From an uncultured Gammaproteobacteria bacterium (GTDB taxonomy: Bacteria > Patescibacteriota > Microgenomatia > UBA10105 > UBA927): a stretch of 64,000 bases of DNA. Of the stretch, positions 1-10,506 are shown piece after piece. The stretch covers positions 562,107-626,106 of the forward strand of contig CAYGFH010000001.1 in NCBI GenBank assembly GCA_964349125.1, given 5' to 3'. The notes beneath the pieces are model-generated. The model was not told the origin of the DNA and made no database searches. It saw only the letters and a program-made list of their open reading frames with translations. The translations under genes and the position numbers were made by a program. Within the stretch, counting starts at the first letter, position 1, and every line of letters begins with the position of its first letter.

Positions 1-12
1 TATACTGTTTAT

Positions 13-1242
13 GTGAATATATCTGTCACATCAGTAAAAAATCTGTCTATCCCACAAAAAATTATTGGGGTCGTGATTGGCGTAGGACTCCTCATCCTCA
101 TATTAAAACCGTTTAGCACCTCCAAATCTGACAAATATGATACGTACACCGTAAAGAAAGGCTCAATTTCCGAACAGGTTGTGATAAGTGGTAATGCCAA
201 CGCAACTGCAAACGCTGTCATCTATTCCCCTTCTACCGGCGTTGTTGAAGAACTTTATGTAAAAAATGGAGATACAGTCACAGCAAATCAGGTCCTGATG
301 AAAGTAAAAAGTACAGCCATGGAGCTGGATAAATCCAATGCACTGGCAGCATATCAGGCGGCAGTCGCATCTCTGAACACGGCCAAACAAAACAAAATTA
401 CAAATCAGTCGCTTTTGGAGTCAGGAAGAAAATCAGTTATTGATGCTTCTGTGGCCCAGCAACAAATGACAAACAGAAGAAACGAAGGTCTGAGTAATCC
501 CGCGACAGGAAAAACGTATACACAGGATGAAATAGATAGCATCAATTCCCTGACAACCAGCACGAAAAATGCATTTTCTGCAGCAGAACAAAAATTTATT
601 ACCAGTGATGCTGCCATCGCATCTGCACAAAGCGCTGCATCCGCAGCACTGTTGGCATATCAGGCCACAGTAAACGGCACGATAAAAGCCCCAATTGCAG
701 GAACTGTCATGAATCTTGCTGTGGGAAAAGGAGAATATGTTACGGCAAAACTTGCAACGAACACGGGATCAGTAGAGTCCCCTCCTGTGCTTCGAATTGC
801 GACTGCAGATTCTATGACGATCCTCGTAAAGCTCAACGAAATTGATATAGCGAAAGTACATCCTGAACAGAAAGCAACGGTCGTTTTTGACGCCATCCCT
901 GACGCCAAAGTAGACGGCGTTGTATCACGCATAGATGAAGTGGGCACAAATGTAAATGCAGTAGTCACCTACAATGCCTATATCACCATTTCGCAAATAG
1001 ATGCCCGCATCAGACCTGCTATGACAGCGACGGTTACCATCGAAACAGATACGAAGCAGGACGTACTGATTGTACCTAATATCGCCTTGCAAAAAGAAAA
1101 AGATGTCATATCTGTGCTAAAGAGAAAAGGGAACGGTCAGGTGTTAACTTCGGTAACTGTTGGTGTGAAAAACGGCACACAGACAGAAATCATAAGCGGA
1201 CTATCTGAAGGTGACGAAATCCTCGTTTTGAAAACAAAATAA
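13..1242 (+). CDS. Efflux periplasmic adaptor subunit (HlyD/MacA-like membrane fusion protein). GTG start at 13, but the frame is open to the window edge, so the gene may begin upstream.
   Basis: N-terminal TM anchor, long coiled-coil-like Ala/Gln-rich middle and a C-terminal beta-barrel-like region. It sits immediately upstream of an FtsX-type permease and an ABC ATPase, the macA-macB arrangement. Confidence 0.65.
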   Translation: MNISVTSVKNLSIPQKIIGVVIGVGLLILILKPFSTSKSDKYDTYTVKKGSISEQVVISGNANATANAVIYSPSTGVVEELYVKNGDTVTANQVLMKVKSTAMELDKSNALAAYQAAVASLNTAKQNKITNQSLLESGRKSVIDASVAQQQMTNRRNEGLSNPATGKTYTQDEIDSINSLTTSTKNAFSAAEQKFITSDAAIASAQSAASAALLAYQATVNGTIKAPIAGTVMNLAVGKGEYVTAKLATNTGSVESPPVLRIATADSMTILVKLNEIDIAKVHPEQKATVVFDAIPDAKVDGVVSRIDEVGTNVNAVVTYNAYITISQIDARIRPAMTATVTIETDTKQDVLIVPNIALQKEKDVISVLKRKGNGQVLTSVTVGVKNGTQTEIISGLSEGDEILVLKTK

Positions 1243-1243
1243 T

Positions 1244-2530
1244 ATGCCGATGGGTGCGCGTATGAAACAATTCATCCTGGATCTGTCCACATCAGTACGT
1301 GTCGGCTTCTTCCTATCGTATAGAGATATTAAGCGTGCGAATATTTGGACGACACTGCTTATTACGTTCGTTATGATGCTGACATTTCTCAACCTGATTG
1401 TCATCAGAGGGATACTCGTAGGCCTCACGGAAGGATCCGTCAGATCATATCGTGAGCGGTATACAGGCAATATTTTCCTTTCAGCTCTTGATAAAAAGCA
1501 ATATATCGAAGACAGCCATTTGCCGATAACTCTCTCCCAAAATATTCCTCTGATACAGAGCGTCAGTCCCAGATACATAGGCAGCGGCATTGTGGAGGCG
1601 GACTATAAAATCCAGACACGACGTGATGAGGGTCCGGATAGAGCTAATGCAGTATTCGTAGGAATTGATCCGGAGAGTGAGGATGCAACGACAAATCTCG
1701 CCTCACTCCTGGTGAAGGGTACTTATCTGGATCAATCAAAACAGAATCAGGTTCTGGTTGGAGTATCGATGTTATCCCAATATGGATCAGCAGCAGGAAC
1801 AGGATCGATTGCACTCAAAAATGCGGATGTGGGTTCCACAGTTCGGATAACAGTAAACGGCATCAGCAAAGAAGTATTGATTGTCGGAGTGGTCAAGGGA
1901 AAAGTCACAAATATAGACAGTCGGATCTTTATGCTTGACCGAGAGCTCAGACCCATGATCGGAAGGACAGATTTCAATGTAAATGAGATAGCCATCAAGT
2001 CAAAAGATACGTCTCACGATCCCCTGATAAAAAACATGCTTCTGGGCAACAATATAGATTCCCTGGCAAAGGTGCAAACCTGGCAGGAGGCTCAGCCACA
2101 GTTTATTAAGGATATATCCTCCACATTCGCCCTTCTGGGAGATTTGATTGGTGGGATTGGACTGGTAGTCGCTTCCATCACGATTTTTATCGTCATTTTC
2201 GTCAATGCTATTACCCGCCGGAAATTTATTGGCATACTCAAAGGCATCGGCATCAGTCCTGCAGCAATCGAATTCTCGTATATGTTTCAGTCTTTTTTCT
2301 ACGCAGTCACCGGTTCAGGAGCAGGATTGTGCATAGTGTACGGGATTTTGGTTCCGTATTTTTCCACAAGACCTATAAATTTCCCGTTTTCAGACGGTGT
2401 GTTTATTGCAGATATTCCGGGCGTGCTTACCCGTGTGTTGATCCTTCTTATTGCAACCATTATTGCAGGGTATTTACCTGCCAGAATGATAGTCAAACAA
2501 AAAACACTCGATGCGATTCTCGGAAGGTAA
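1244..2530 (+). CDS. ABC transporter permease, FtsX/MacB-type (4 TM with a large periplasmic domain)
   Basis: An N-terminal TM, a ~250-aa extracytoplasmic domain and three C-terminal TM helices. It is translationally coupled to the adaptor upstream and the ATPase downstream. Confidence 0.7.
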   Translation: MPMGARMKQFILDLSTSVRVGFFLSYRDIKRANIWTTLLITFVMMLTFLNLIVIRGILVGLTEGSVRSYRERYTGNIFLSALDKKQYIEDSHLPITLSQNIPLIQSVSPRYIGSGIVEADYKIQTRRDEGPDRANAVFVGIDPESEDATTNLASLLVKGTYLDQSKQNQVLVGVSMLSQYGSAAGTGSIALKNADVGSTVRITVNGISKEVLIVGVVKGKVTNIDSRIFMLDRELRPMIGRTDFNVNEIAIKSKDTSHDPLIKNMLLGNNIDSLAKVQTWQEAQPQFIKDISSTFALLGDLIGGIGLVVASITIFIVIFVNAITRRKFIGILKGIGISPAAIEFSYMFQSFFYAVTGSGAGLCIVYGILVPYFSTRPINFPFSDGVFIADIPGVLTRVLILLIATIIAGYLPARMIVKQKTLDAILGR

Positions 2531-2533
2531 CAT

Positions 2534-3220
2534 ATGATTACTGTCAAAAATTTATACAAAACATATTTCTCAGGCACAGTAGAGTTTCCTGTCTTAAAAC
2601 ATGTATCACTATCAATCAAAAAAGGTGAATTTATAGCAATCACAGGTCGTTCAGGCTCAGGTAAAAGTACACTTCTCTATCAACTTAGCCTACTGGATAC
2701 GCCAACCAGTGGTGAGATATATCTGAACAATGTGTATACAAATACACTCTCAGACGAACAGCGCATCCAGTTTCGATTAGCGGAACTCGGGTACGTGTTT
2801 CAGGATTACGCGCTCATACCAAGTCTGACCGCTATTGAAAACGTTATGACTCCCCTTCTCATGCAAGGGTATTCAATAACTGATGCCCAAAAAAAAGCGT
2901 ACAGTGTTATGGATAAAATAGGGGTCGCAGATAAGCAGGATAACCTCCCCAATCAACTGTCAGGAGGACAACAGCAACGGGTAAGTATTGCCAGAGCCAT
3001 CGCTCATGATCCTAAAATTTTATTTGCAGATGAGCCCACGGCAAATCTCGATAGCGAAACGTCAGAACAGGTACTGGACACATTCTTGGAACTGCATACA
3101 TCGGGACAGACCATTGTAATGGTTACACATGAAGATATATACGCGAGGTTAACAGATAGGATAATTACACTTTCAGATGGATGCATCATAAAAGAAGTTA
3201 AACCATCAAAAAGAAAATAA
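2534..3220 (+). CDS. ABC transporter ATP-binding protein (MacB/LolD-like)
   Basis: Walker A GRSGSGKST, ABC signature LSGGQQQRVSIARA and Walker B ILFADEPT. Confidence 0.9.
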   Translation: MITVKNLYKTYFSGTVEFPVLKHVSLSIKKGEFIAITGRSGSGKSTLLYQLSLLDTPTSGEIYLNNVYTNTLSDEQRIQFRLAELGYVFQDYALIPSLTAIENVMTPLLMQGYSITDAQKKAYSVMDKIGVADKQDNLPNQLSGGQQQRVSIARAIAHDPKILFADEPTANLDSETSEQVLDTFLELHTSGQTIVMVTHEDIYARLTDRIITLSDGCIIKEVKPSKRK

Positions 3221-3250
3221 ATATATACGGAATTACTGTATACACGGAAG

Positions 3251-3760
3251 TCACTTTTTTAGGACATGATCGAGTGTCGTTTTTACAACGAGAAGCACGG
3301 GCACCACAAATACTGCACCGAGTAGCCCAAACAGCATCGTCCCAAGCATGACACTTACGATCAAAATAATTGGGTGTATGTTTGTTATCTTTCCCGTCAG
3401 ATAGGGCGACAGAAAATAATCGATGACGAAGTTAAATAACCCATACACAACCAGTAGTACTATCCCTTCAAAAATCGGCGACACATTCTGGAGAAATATT
3501 GCTCCGTCAAATATGGCAACCAGACTGACTATCAACGTAGACAATGGCATGCCAAAAATCGGTACCACTGCAAGAGCACCGGTCAGTACTGCCAGCAAGA
3601 GTGCAAATCGGACACCAAGAAGAGTTAACACCACCCAGGAGATAGCCGTTATCAGTATAACCAGAAGTAACTGTGTTTTGCCAAATCTGATTAGGGTGAG
3701 AAATATTTCCGCAAGAAGGCTTTTATTAGAAACTACCACATGCTTTCGTACTTGCTTCAT
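3251..3760 (-). CDS. AI-2E (PerM/UPF0118) family transporter-like protein, C-terminal half only; possibly a truncated gene
   Basis: Its TM pattern and motifs resemble the C-terminal half of AI-2E transporters. At 169 aa it is about half the usual length, and there is no room upstream before the next gene. Confidence 0.4.
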   Translation of the reverse strand: MKQVRKHVVVSNKSLLAEIFLTLIRFGKTQLLLVILITAISWVVLTLLGVRFALLLAVLTGALAVVPIFGMPLSTLIVSLVAIFDGAIFLQNVSPIFEGIVLLVVYGLFNFVIDYFLSPYLTGKITNIHPIILIVSVMLGTMLFGLLGAVFVVPVLLVVKTTLDHVLKK

Positions 3761-3908
3761 ATGTGTAGTATAGCAATATTGACCGCGGCGTGAAGTCTAT
3801 AGAGGCAAGAACATTGAATGTGTAAGACATACAGCAGATGATTACAAATAGTGGATTCGTACAGTTGGAGGTTCTGTACTATACACACTGAGTACAAGAA
3901 GACATCTA

Positions 3909-4538
3909 CTAGTACAGTATCCCCTGAAGAATGCTGTAAGAATTTGCAGCGATAAGAGCAATAGCAGTATTAAAGAGTAAATTTCCCAGACCCAACGGCA
4001 ATATCACCTTCCAAAATGGGAAGCGTATCAGTCCAGCAGTAATAGTGATGAAGTCGTTGGAAAACGGTATAAAGGTGCCATAGGCAAAACAGAACCAGGG
4101 AAACAGTTTCGGGTGATGTGTTATCAAATTTCGCAAGCGAAAAAAGAATTTTTCAAATCGCTTCGGGATAAAATCACTCCCCCTGTGTCCCAGATAATAT
4201 GATGTGGAATCGCCGAGCATAACTCCTGCTGCTGCTGATGTCCCCAGTATGAACGGGTTCAACCCTCCCGCTGCCATAGACACAACGACCAGATGATACG
4301 GAACACTGCTGAACGTTGACACTCCTCCCATAAACGCAAGGAAGAATATCAGCACATATGCGTTGTTAACCCCAATTGTATTGATAATCTGTTCCGGGGA
4401 AATAAAAATATTAACGACAATGGAAACGGTCAAAAATACTGTTATTGGAATAAGCCCTGCGATATATGTGTTCCAGGAGATTTTTCTCTTTTTGGGCGGG
4501 TGATTATTCTTCATGAGTTTATGGTTTCTTGGGCGCAA
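3909..4538 (-). CDS. DedA/VTT (TVP38/TMEM64) family membrane protein
   Basis: Multi-TM protein containing a Gly-rich re-entrant segment (MAAGGLNPFILGTSAAAGVMLGDSTSYYLG). Confidence 0.5.
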   Translation of the reverse strand: MRPRNHKLMKNNHPPKKRKISWNTYIAGLIPITVFLTVSIVVNIFISPEQIINTIGVNNAYVLIFFLAFMGGVSTFSSVPYHLVVVSMAAGGLNPFILGTSAAAGVMLGDSTSYYLGHRGSDFIPKRFEKFFFRLRNLITHHPKLFPWFCFAYGTFIPFSNDFITITAGLIRFPFWKVILPLGLGNLLFNTAIALIAANSYSILQGILY

Positions 4539-4863
4539 ATATGCGGATTATCTTTGCCTGTAATTCGCCTTTCTCATCTGGCTCAGCTATGACAATTACC
4601 GGAGTATTTCGTATCAGACCGCTATTGCCAACCACATGCGACCCTTTCAGGATTCGAGTGTTTCTGGAATAAAAAATCCGTGTTATTTTACTATTTTTTT
4701 CTTTGAGGGTAATCGATGTATCATGGATTTCTACGATTTCGCCAAAATACTGATTTTTTGCCCACTCACCAAATTGCGGAGATCTAAACCAGAGCATGGT
4801 GCTCACAACACCAATGACAATCAGAGCGATAAGTACAGGGACAGTGAAATGCAAGTGCTTCAT
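4519..4863 (-). CDS. Hypothetical membrane-anchored protein
   Basis: ORF with an N-terminal TM helix after an internal Met. No recognisable domain. Confidence 0.3.
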   Translation of the reverse strand: MKHLHFTVPVLIALIVIGVVSTMLWFRSPQFGEWAKNQYFGEIVEIHDTSITLKEKNSKITRIFYSRNTRILKGSHVVGNSGLIRNTPVIVIAEPDEKGELQAKIIRIFAPKKP

Positions 4864-4930
4864 ATATACCCATTCTATCAAATCCGCTTGCAAGATACGC
4901 GCTATTTCTATATGCTACTCCCGAAGCATA

Positions 4931-5881
4931 ATGAAGAGCTCTCTCTCACTTTTAGCACTTTCTGTCAGTCTATTTTCACTTTTGTTTGTCGCGTACATTG
5001 CATACTCCGCGGGGTACAACTCACAATCCGCGGTCATTATCAGCCCAATTCCTGAATCAGGATCATCTGAAAGTGTTCTGGCCGCACAGTACGCACCGGA
5101 AAATTTGAAAGAAAACAGACTCGCAGCAATAGTCTCTAATTCTCTCAGTGGCGCACCCGGTGAATTTAGCGTATATATCAAAAATCTAAAAACAGACGAA
5201 GTGTACCAGAAGGATGCAAACGAATCGTTTGAATCTGCAAGTCTATATAAACTCTGGGTTATGGCAAGCGTATTTCAAAAAATTCAAAACAGCAAATTAA
5301 CTCACTCCCAGATACTCAGTCAGGATGTACCAACACTCAATAAAAAATTCCAGATAGACTCCGAATTCGCCGAACTATCCGAAGGAGTTATCACGCAAAG
5401 CGTTGATGAGGCGCTCGAAAAAATGATAACCATATCAGATAACTATTCAGCTATGTTACTGTCTGAAAATGTTAGACTATCAACAGTCTCAGCTTTTTTG
5501 AAAGATAATTCACTACTTCATTCCTCCGTCGGAACGTCAGGTGGCCCCCCCACAACGACAGCATCAGATATCGGGCTGTTTCTTGAAAAGCTGTACTATG
5601 GCGATTTTGCGGATCGGCAATCAACAAATGTGATGCTCGCGCTGTTGAAAAATCAGAAACTGAGAAACGGAATTCCGAGACTGCTACCGAAAAATCAGTT
5701 GGTAGCAAACAAGACAGGTGAATTAGGTGCATATAAGCATGATGCAGGCATTATATTTTGCGATTCAGGGGATTATATCATCGTGTTGTTATCAAAAAGC
5801 GAAAACCCAAAAAAAGCTCAGGATACGATTGCTTTCGTATCCAGAGATGTGTTTGCTTTTTTTTGTACAAATCGGAACTAA
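4931..5881 (+). CDS. Class A beta-lactamase-like serine hydrolase with signal peptide
   Basis: SxxK (SLYK), SDN (ISDNYS) and KTG (NKTGE) motifs in the canonical order and spacing. Start re-assigned to the internal ATG at 4931 that precedes the signal/TM segment MKSSLSLLALSVSLF. Confidence 0.65.
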   Translation: MKSSLSLLALSVSLFSLLFVAYIAYSAGYNSQSAVIISPIPESGSSESVLAAQYAPENLKENRLAAIVSNSLSGAPGEFSVYIKNLKTDEVYQKDANESFESASLYKLWVMASVFQKIQNSKLTHSQILSQDVPTLNKKFQIDSEFAELSEGVITQSVDEALEKMITISDNYSAMLLSENVRLSTVSAFLKDNSLLHSSVGTSGGPPTTTASDIGLFLEKLYYGDFADRQSTNVMLALLKNQKLRNGIPRLLPKNQLVANKTGELGAYKHDAGIIFCDSGDYIIVLLSKSENPKKAQDTIAFVSRDVFAFFCTNRN

Positions 5882-5889
5882 AATGGTAT

Positions 5890-7890
5890 TTATTGCCTAC
5901 GCTTAAGAGGCATTGCATCGACAACGCTTAAGACCTCATCACCATCAAGACCTAGTTGATCAAAGTACCATTGAAGTGCACCATATTGTGGCTTATTTTC
6001 CTCGTTAACTATTTCCATCGCATCTCTTCGACTCAATGTTCCTTCTCTGATCTGTCTTGATCTAAAAGAGTCATTCTCTGTAAATCCCTGCCCGGTATAG
6101 TAAATATAGTTATAAAATGGAGAAGTTCCATCATCTGTTCGCCAGGTTTGAATTGTCTCCTTCGATGTTTCCCAGTTATATTCTTTTTTTAACGTGGAGA
6201 GAATTTTCTTTTCATCCCACTGTATGTAATGCCATAGGAAAATGTAGTTATGTTTCTGGATATATGTAGAAAAATAACCAAATGCGGTATCAAATAAAGA
6301 TGAGTTTAAGTATGATGGGTTCGTCATAAACTGTCCCGTATAGTATGCGGCCAGTTGTATTTTTCCGCTTAATCGCAGGTCGTGTATCACCCCGCCCGGA
6401 TCCGCGTTTTTTATTCCACATTGACCGGTTTTGAATTCCTCTTTCTCCAATTCATTACCCCGGCAAAAAAATACTAATTTTATATTATTTTGCTTTGCTA
6501 ATTTATCTGCGTAAAACTCGCATTGTTTATCTCCCACCATAAACAGTGGGACCATTCCCAGATCAGGTTTTTTCATCCATGCCAATATATTCTTGCGGAT
6601 ATAATTGCGTTTCATCGTTATATCAGCAGATACAATGATGTGCTCTACTCCTAACTTTCCCACCAGGCGCGCCTCATTTCTCCTTGCTATATCCTTTACC
6701 ATACCCCAATCATAGGTATACGCAATCGGATTTAAGTTGAGTTCTTTTTTCAAAAAATGCAGCCCATATGAGCTGTCTCTTCCACCGCTAAACGCTATGA
6801 TACAGTCAGGCTTATCAGAGTTACTTCTATATGGCGCTATGATTGTTTCGAGAGATTGTCTGCCCTTATATTGTATCTTTCTGTGCTCATGACAATAATT
6901 ACACACACCATGTGTGTCAAATGAGATAAAAGGCGTTGTTTCGGGAAGTATACACGTGGTGCACCGACGTAACGCATAGATGGTTTTATAATCAAAGTCA
7001 TGTTTTTTTAATTTGGCCAAACTGTTGATTCCACGGTATAACCGAAGTACATTTTCATCAGCCTTTGCGTTCATGTCCGAGTGATCTGTAATCACAGCCA
7101 TTCGTTTCTCCCGCTTTTTAGTTTTATTTCCAACAGCAAATATGTCGAACTGATGTATTATTCCTGTTCGCATAGAAATAAGTGCTCCGAATCCCGCCCG
7201 TAAGTGTTCTACGTTCCATGATGTTTTTTTGGTTAGGACCGCATGGTGTTTTTGCATCCATGTTCGAACGATACATTCCTCTGATGCAAATATGGTATTC
7301 CCTTCGATTGCACAGAAATATAGCGACCCGGTATTTGTGCTAACGGCAACTGTGTTAGAATCTGCAAACACCATAGCCAGCGACGCGGATCCCTCAATGC
7401 GTGCATACATTTTCTGGATTGCACCCTGGTGGGAATATCCCTGTGCGATATATTTGTTTATCAGCTCAAAGATAACCTCGGTATCAACTTCATATTTAGG
7501 TTTCTTTTTTAGAATCGACCAGAGCTCATGATCATTCACAATGATGCCATTGTGAACACCTACTGTATTACCTGTTACTACCGGTTGATTGTTTTTATTC
7601 TCTGTTTGCAGGCCATTTGTCGCTAACCGTGTTTGTCCAATAATTACGGAATTTTTTGCATAGGTGGATATCATGGTAAGCAAACGTCTGTAAGTCTCTG
7701 ATTGGAGAAATGATCGCGCACCGACGGGTTCTTTATACACATGTATATCGGTGTGCACCCGGGTGAGGATACCAGCAGCTTCTTTGCCTCTGGATTCAGA
7801 CAATAGTAACAGATCATTCGTTGCGGGAGCTATGTTCGCAAACGCACATGCATCTGGATTAGTTATAACAATTCCAAAAATTCCACACAT
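5890..7890 (-). CDS. Two-domain amidotransferase: N-terminal class-II (Ntn) glutamine amidotransferase fused to a WbuX/WbpG-like N-acetyl-sugar amidotransferase (PP-loop ATP pyrophosphatase)
   Basis: N-terminal MCGI (Cys2 nucleophile), a zinc-ribbon-like CxxC...CxxC (CTTCILPETTPFISFDTHGVCNYCHEH) and a PP-loop SGGRDSS. Confidence 0.6.
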   Translation of the reverse strand: MCGIFGIVITNPDACAFANIAPATNDLLLLSESRGKEAAGILTRVHTDIHVYKEPVGARSFLQSETYRRLLTMISTYAKNSVIIGQTRLATNGLQTENKNNQPVVTGNTVGVHNGIIVNDHELWSILKKKPKYEVDTEVIFELINKYIAQGYSHQGAIQKMYARIEGSASLAMVFADSNTVAVSTNTGSLYFCAIEGNTIFASEECIVRTWMQKHHAVLTKKTSWNVEHLRAGFGALISMRTGIIHQFDIFAVGNKTKKREKRMAVITDHSDMNAKADENVLRLYRGINSLAKLKKHDFDYKTIYALRRCTTCILPETTPFISFDTHGVCNYCHEHRKIQYKGRQSLETIIAPYRSNSDKPDCIIAFSGGRDSSYGLHFLKKELNLNPIAYTYDWGMVKDIARRNEARLVGKLGVEHIIVSADITMKRNYIRKNILAWMKKPDLGMVPLFMVGDKQCEFYADKLAKQNNIKLVFFCRGNELEKEEFKTGQCGIKNADPGGVIHDLRLSGKIQLAAYYTGQFMTNPSYLNSSLFDTAFGYFSTYIQKHNYIFLWHYIQWDEKKILSTLKKEYNWETSKETIQTWRTDDGTSPFYNYIYYTGQGFTENDSFRSRQIREGTLSRRDAMEIVNEENKPQYGALQWYFDQLGLDGDEVLSVVDAMPLKRRQ

Positions 7891-7932
7891 ACACTATATT
7901 ATACTGATACAATCAGTAAATAAAAGGAGAGC

Positions 7933-8721
7933 ATGTCGCACAAATACGCTTGCATATCATTGGACTTAGAACCTGATCACGCCGGAAGATCAAACGAATG
8001 TTACGACGCATGGACAAAATCAAATATCCAAGCATTGATGACAGTGCTTCGACAGTATCAAGTACCACTAAGCGCATTCATTGTAGGAAAATCTATCTCG
8101 AAAAACAAAGATATAGTTACGTATTTGGCACAACAAAAAACAGAATTTCACCTTCATTCCTATTCACATGACCTTCGCTATCCTGACAGTGCTAAAGAAA
8201 TCACCAAGGGAGTTCGCGCCTTTCGTGCTTTTTTTCACGCTCCGCCGTCGGGGTATAGAGCTCCTGAGGGCAGGATATCATCTCAAGGATATGCCACATT
8301 ACAAAAAAAGGGGTTTGTTTTTGATTCCAGTATATTTCCATCGTTCTGGCCACATCCCAAATATTTTTTCCAAAAAAGAACTATTCATAAAAATGCGTAT
8401 AACCTCATTGAGGTGCCCATAACAGTGGTTTCACCGTTTCGATTGATATTTTCATTAAGCTGGATACATCTGTTTGGCTGGAGAATATATAGACTGTTAC
8501 TTACGCTTTTTCCTCTACCAAACAGCGTAATATTTGATTTTCATCTGCACGATCTCTACACCGTTCCAACGACCAAAACGCTACCAATGTTTTGGAGATA
8601 TATCTATCGTAAAAATGCTGAAAATGAACTACAATTGCTTCAAACCGTACTGGACTATCTCCATAAAAAGGGATATATATTTGTACCGATGAGCACACTT
8701 ATTTCACATAAAAATATATGA
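7933..8721 (+). CDS. Polysaccharide deacetylase (NodB-like) family protein
   Basis: The N-terminal ISLDLEPDH motif and the HSYSH motif are characteristic of CE4-type deacetylases. Confidence 0.5.
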   Translation: MSHKYACISLDLEPDHAGRSNECYDAWTKSNIQALMTVLRQYQVPLSAFIVGKSISKNKDIVTYLAQQKTEFHLHSYSHDLRYPDSAKEITKGVRAFRAFFHAPPSGYRAPEGRISSQGYATLQKKGFVFDSSIFPSFWPHPKYFFQKRTIHKNAYNLIEVPITVVSPFRLIFSLSWIHLFGWRIYRLLLTLFPLPNSVIFDFHLHDLYTVPTTKTLPMFWRYIYRKNAENELQLLQTVLDYLHKKGYIFVPMSTLISHKNI

Positions 8722-10436
8722 ATATATTAGGCATTTCTGCATTTGGTCAAAACCCCGCGGCATGCCTCCTCGTTAATGGCAGATTAATTGCATTTGCAGA
8801 AGAGGAGCGCTTTATTCGAATAAAAACAGCGTACGGAAAATTTCCGATAGAAGCAATCAAATATTGCCTGAAGGAGGGTAATATCTCAATTTCTGATATT
8901 CATGAGATTTCAATGGGGTGGGATTATGCGAAGTACTCAACGTTTATGCCGTTATTCTCAGCAAGGGTGTGGTTGGAACATGCGTTTCTAAAGCACTACA
9001 GCTCATCAAATCGTGGACTTATAGATATGATCACCCTTCAACCGACAGAGGTACATAAACAAATTTCATTTCATCTTTCACAATTGGGTTTGTCCGGGAA
9101 ATTTCCTGTTATCTCCTATGTTTCCCATCACAAAGCACACGCCGCGAGCTGTTATTACGCGTCGGGATTTCCCAATTCGCTTATAGCGGTTATCGATGGG
9201 AGCGGTGAAGAACGTGCAACGTCGCTTTACAGAGCACATGGACTTACCATTGATGAAATCACACATCAAAATATTCCGCATTCGCTCGGTTGGTTTTATG
9301 CGGCTTTTACGGCATATTTAGGATTCAAACCATATGAGGAGGACGGGTTTGTCATGGGTCTTTCTTCATACGGAAAATTCACAGATGAATTCGCACAAAA
9401 AATATCCCGAATAGTACAGATTCAAAATGGTTCATACACAGTTGATCCCACATATACGCTATTAGGGCCGCACTCACATAGTGAACACTACTCAGATAAA
9501 TTAGTCGATCTGTTCGGGCCATTCAGAAGACCGTTCGAACCGGTAACACAGCGACATAAAGATATTGCGTATGCGGTACAAACCAAACTCGAAGATGTTG
9601 TGCTGCATAGCATTAGGGCGGCTATGCCCGCTGCGCAAAGCAGCAATCTTTGCCTTGCGGGAGGCGTCGCGCTTAACTGCAAAATGAACGGAAAGATTGT
9701 TAAAAGCGCTATAGCATCCGATCTGTTTATTCAGCCGTCCAGCAATGACTCTGGCACAGCACTGGGAGCAGCAATGCTCTGCTCGGTTGGCCATGGGGAA
9801 GATCCGAGGTTTCATATGAATCACGCCAAGTGGGGTCCTTCATTTTCCGAACAAGCCGTCAGGGACATCCTGGATGAAGCTATGATAGCGTACAGTCGAC
9901 CTAAACATATTGAAAAGACAGTAGCACGAGCTATTGCGGAAGGGAAAATTATTGCCCGATTTGATGGTCGTATGGAAATGGGTCCCCGGGCATTGGGAGG
10001 CAGATCAATTCTTGCCGATGCATCAAAAAAAGGCATGGATACCCGTATAAATAAACGGATAAAACATAGAGAACCATGGAGGCCATTTTGCCCATCAATG
10101 ATTAGTGACGTTGCACATGTATACAACGCCAATTGTATGGAGAATCGGTTTATGACCGTTGTATACGATGTGCCCAAAGCACGAGTTGGTGATATTCCAT
10201 CTGTGGTACATATCGATCGGACAAGTAGACCGCAGGTGGTTGATAAATCAGTCGATCCTGCATATTACAACATCATAAAATCCGTCGGTGAGTACACGGG
10301 TATACCCGTTGTATTAAACACATCATTAAACGTAAAAGGAGAACCAATAGCATGCAAACCTATCGATGCACTACGATGCTTTGAAAGTACAGGCATTGAC
10401 GCGCTTGCACTGCAGGGATTTTGGATAGAAAAATAA
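8718..10436 (+). CDS. Carbamoyltransferase (NodU/CmcH/NovN family)
   Basis: N-terminal MNILGISAFGQNPAACLL and the overall ~570-aa architecture are typical of NodU-family O-carbamoyltransferases. Confidence 0.75.
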   Translation: MNILGISAFGQNPAACLLVNGRLIAFAEEERFIRIKTAYGKFPIEAIKYCLKEGNISISDIHEISMGWDYAKYSTFMPLFSARVWLEHAFLKHYSSSNRGLIDMITLQPTEVHKQISFHLSQLGLSGKFPVISYVSHHKAHAASCYYASGFPNSLIAVIDGSGEERATSLYRAHGLTIDEITHQNIPHSLGWFYAAFTAYLGFKPYEEDGFVMGLSSYGKFTDEFAQKISRIVQIQNGSYTVDPTYTLLGPHSHSEHYSDKLVDLFGPFRRPFEPVTQRHKDIAYAVQTKLEDVVLHSIRAAMPAAQSSNLCLAGGVALNCKMNGKIVKSAIASDLFIQPSSNDSGTALGAAMLCSVGHGEDPRFHMNHAKWGPSFSEQAVRDILDEAMIAYSRPKHIEKTVARAIAEGKIIARFDGRMEMGPRALGGRSILADASKKGMDTRINKRIKHREPWRPFCPSMISDVAHVYNANCMENRFMTVVYDVPKARVGDIPSVVHIDRTSRPQVVDKSVDPAYYNIIKSVGEYTGIPVVLNTSLNVKGEPIACKPIDALRCFESTGIDALALQGFWIEK

Positions 10437-10506
10437 ATACATACCGACGAAATCAGTTTCATGAATATATTGATCATGAAATTAGAATACAAATACCCCA
10501 TACCAG

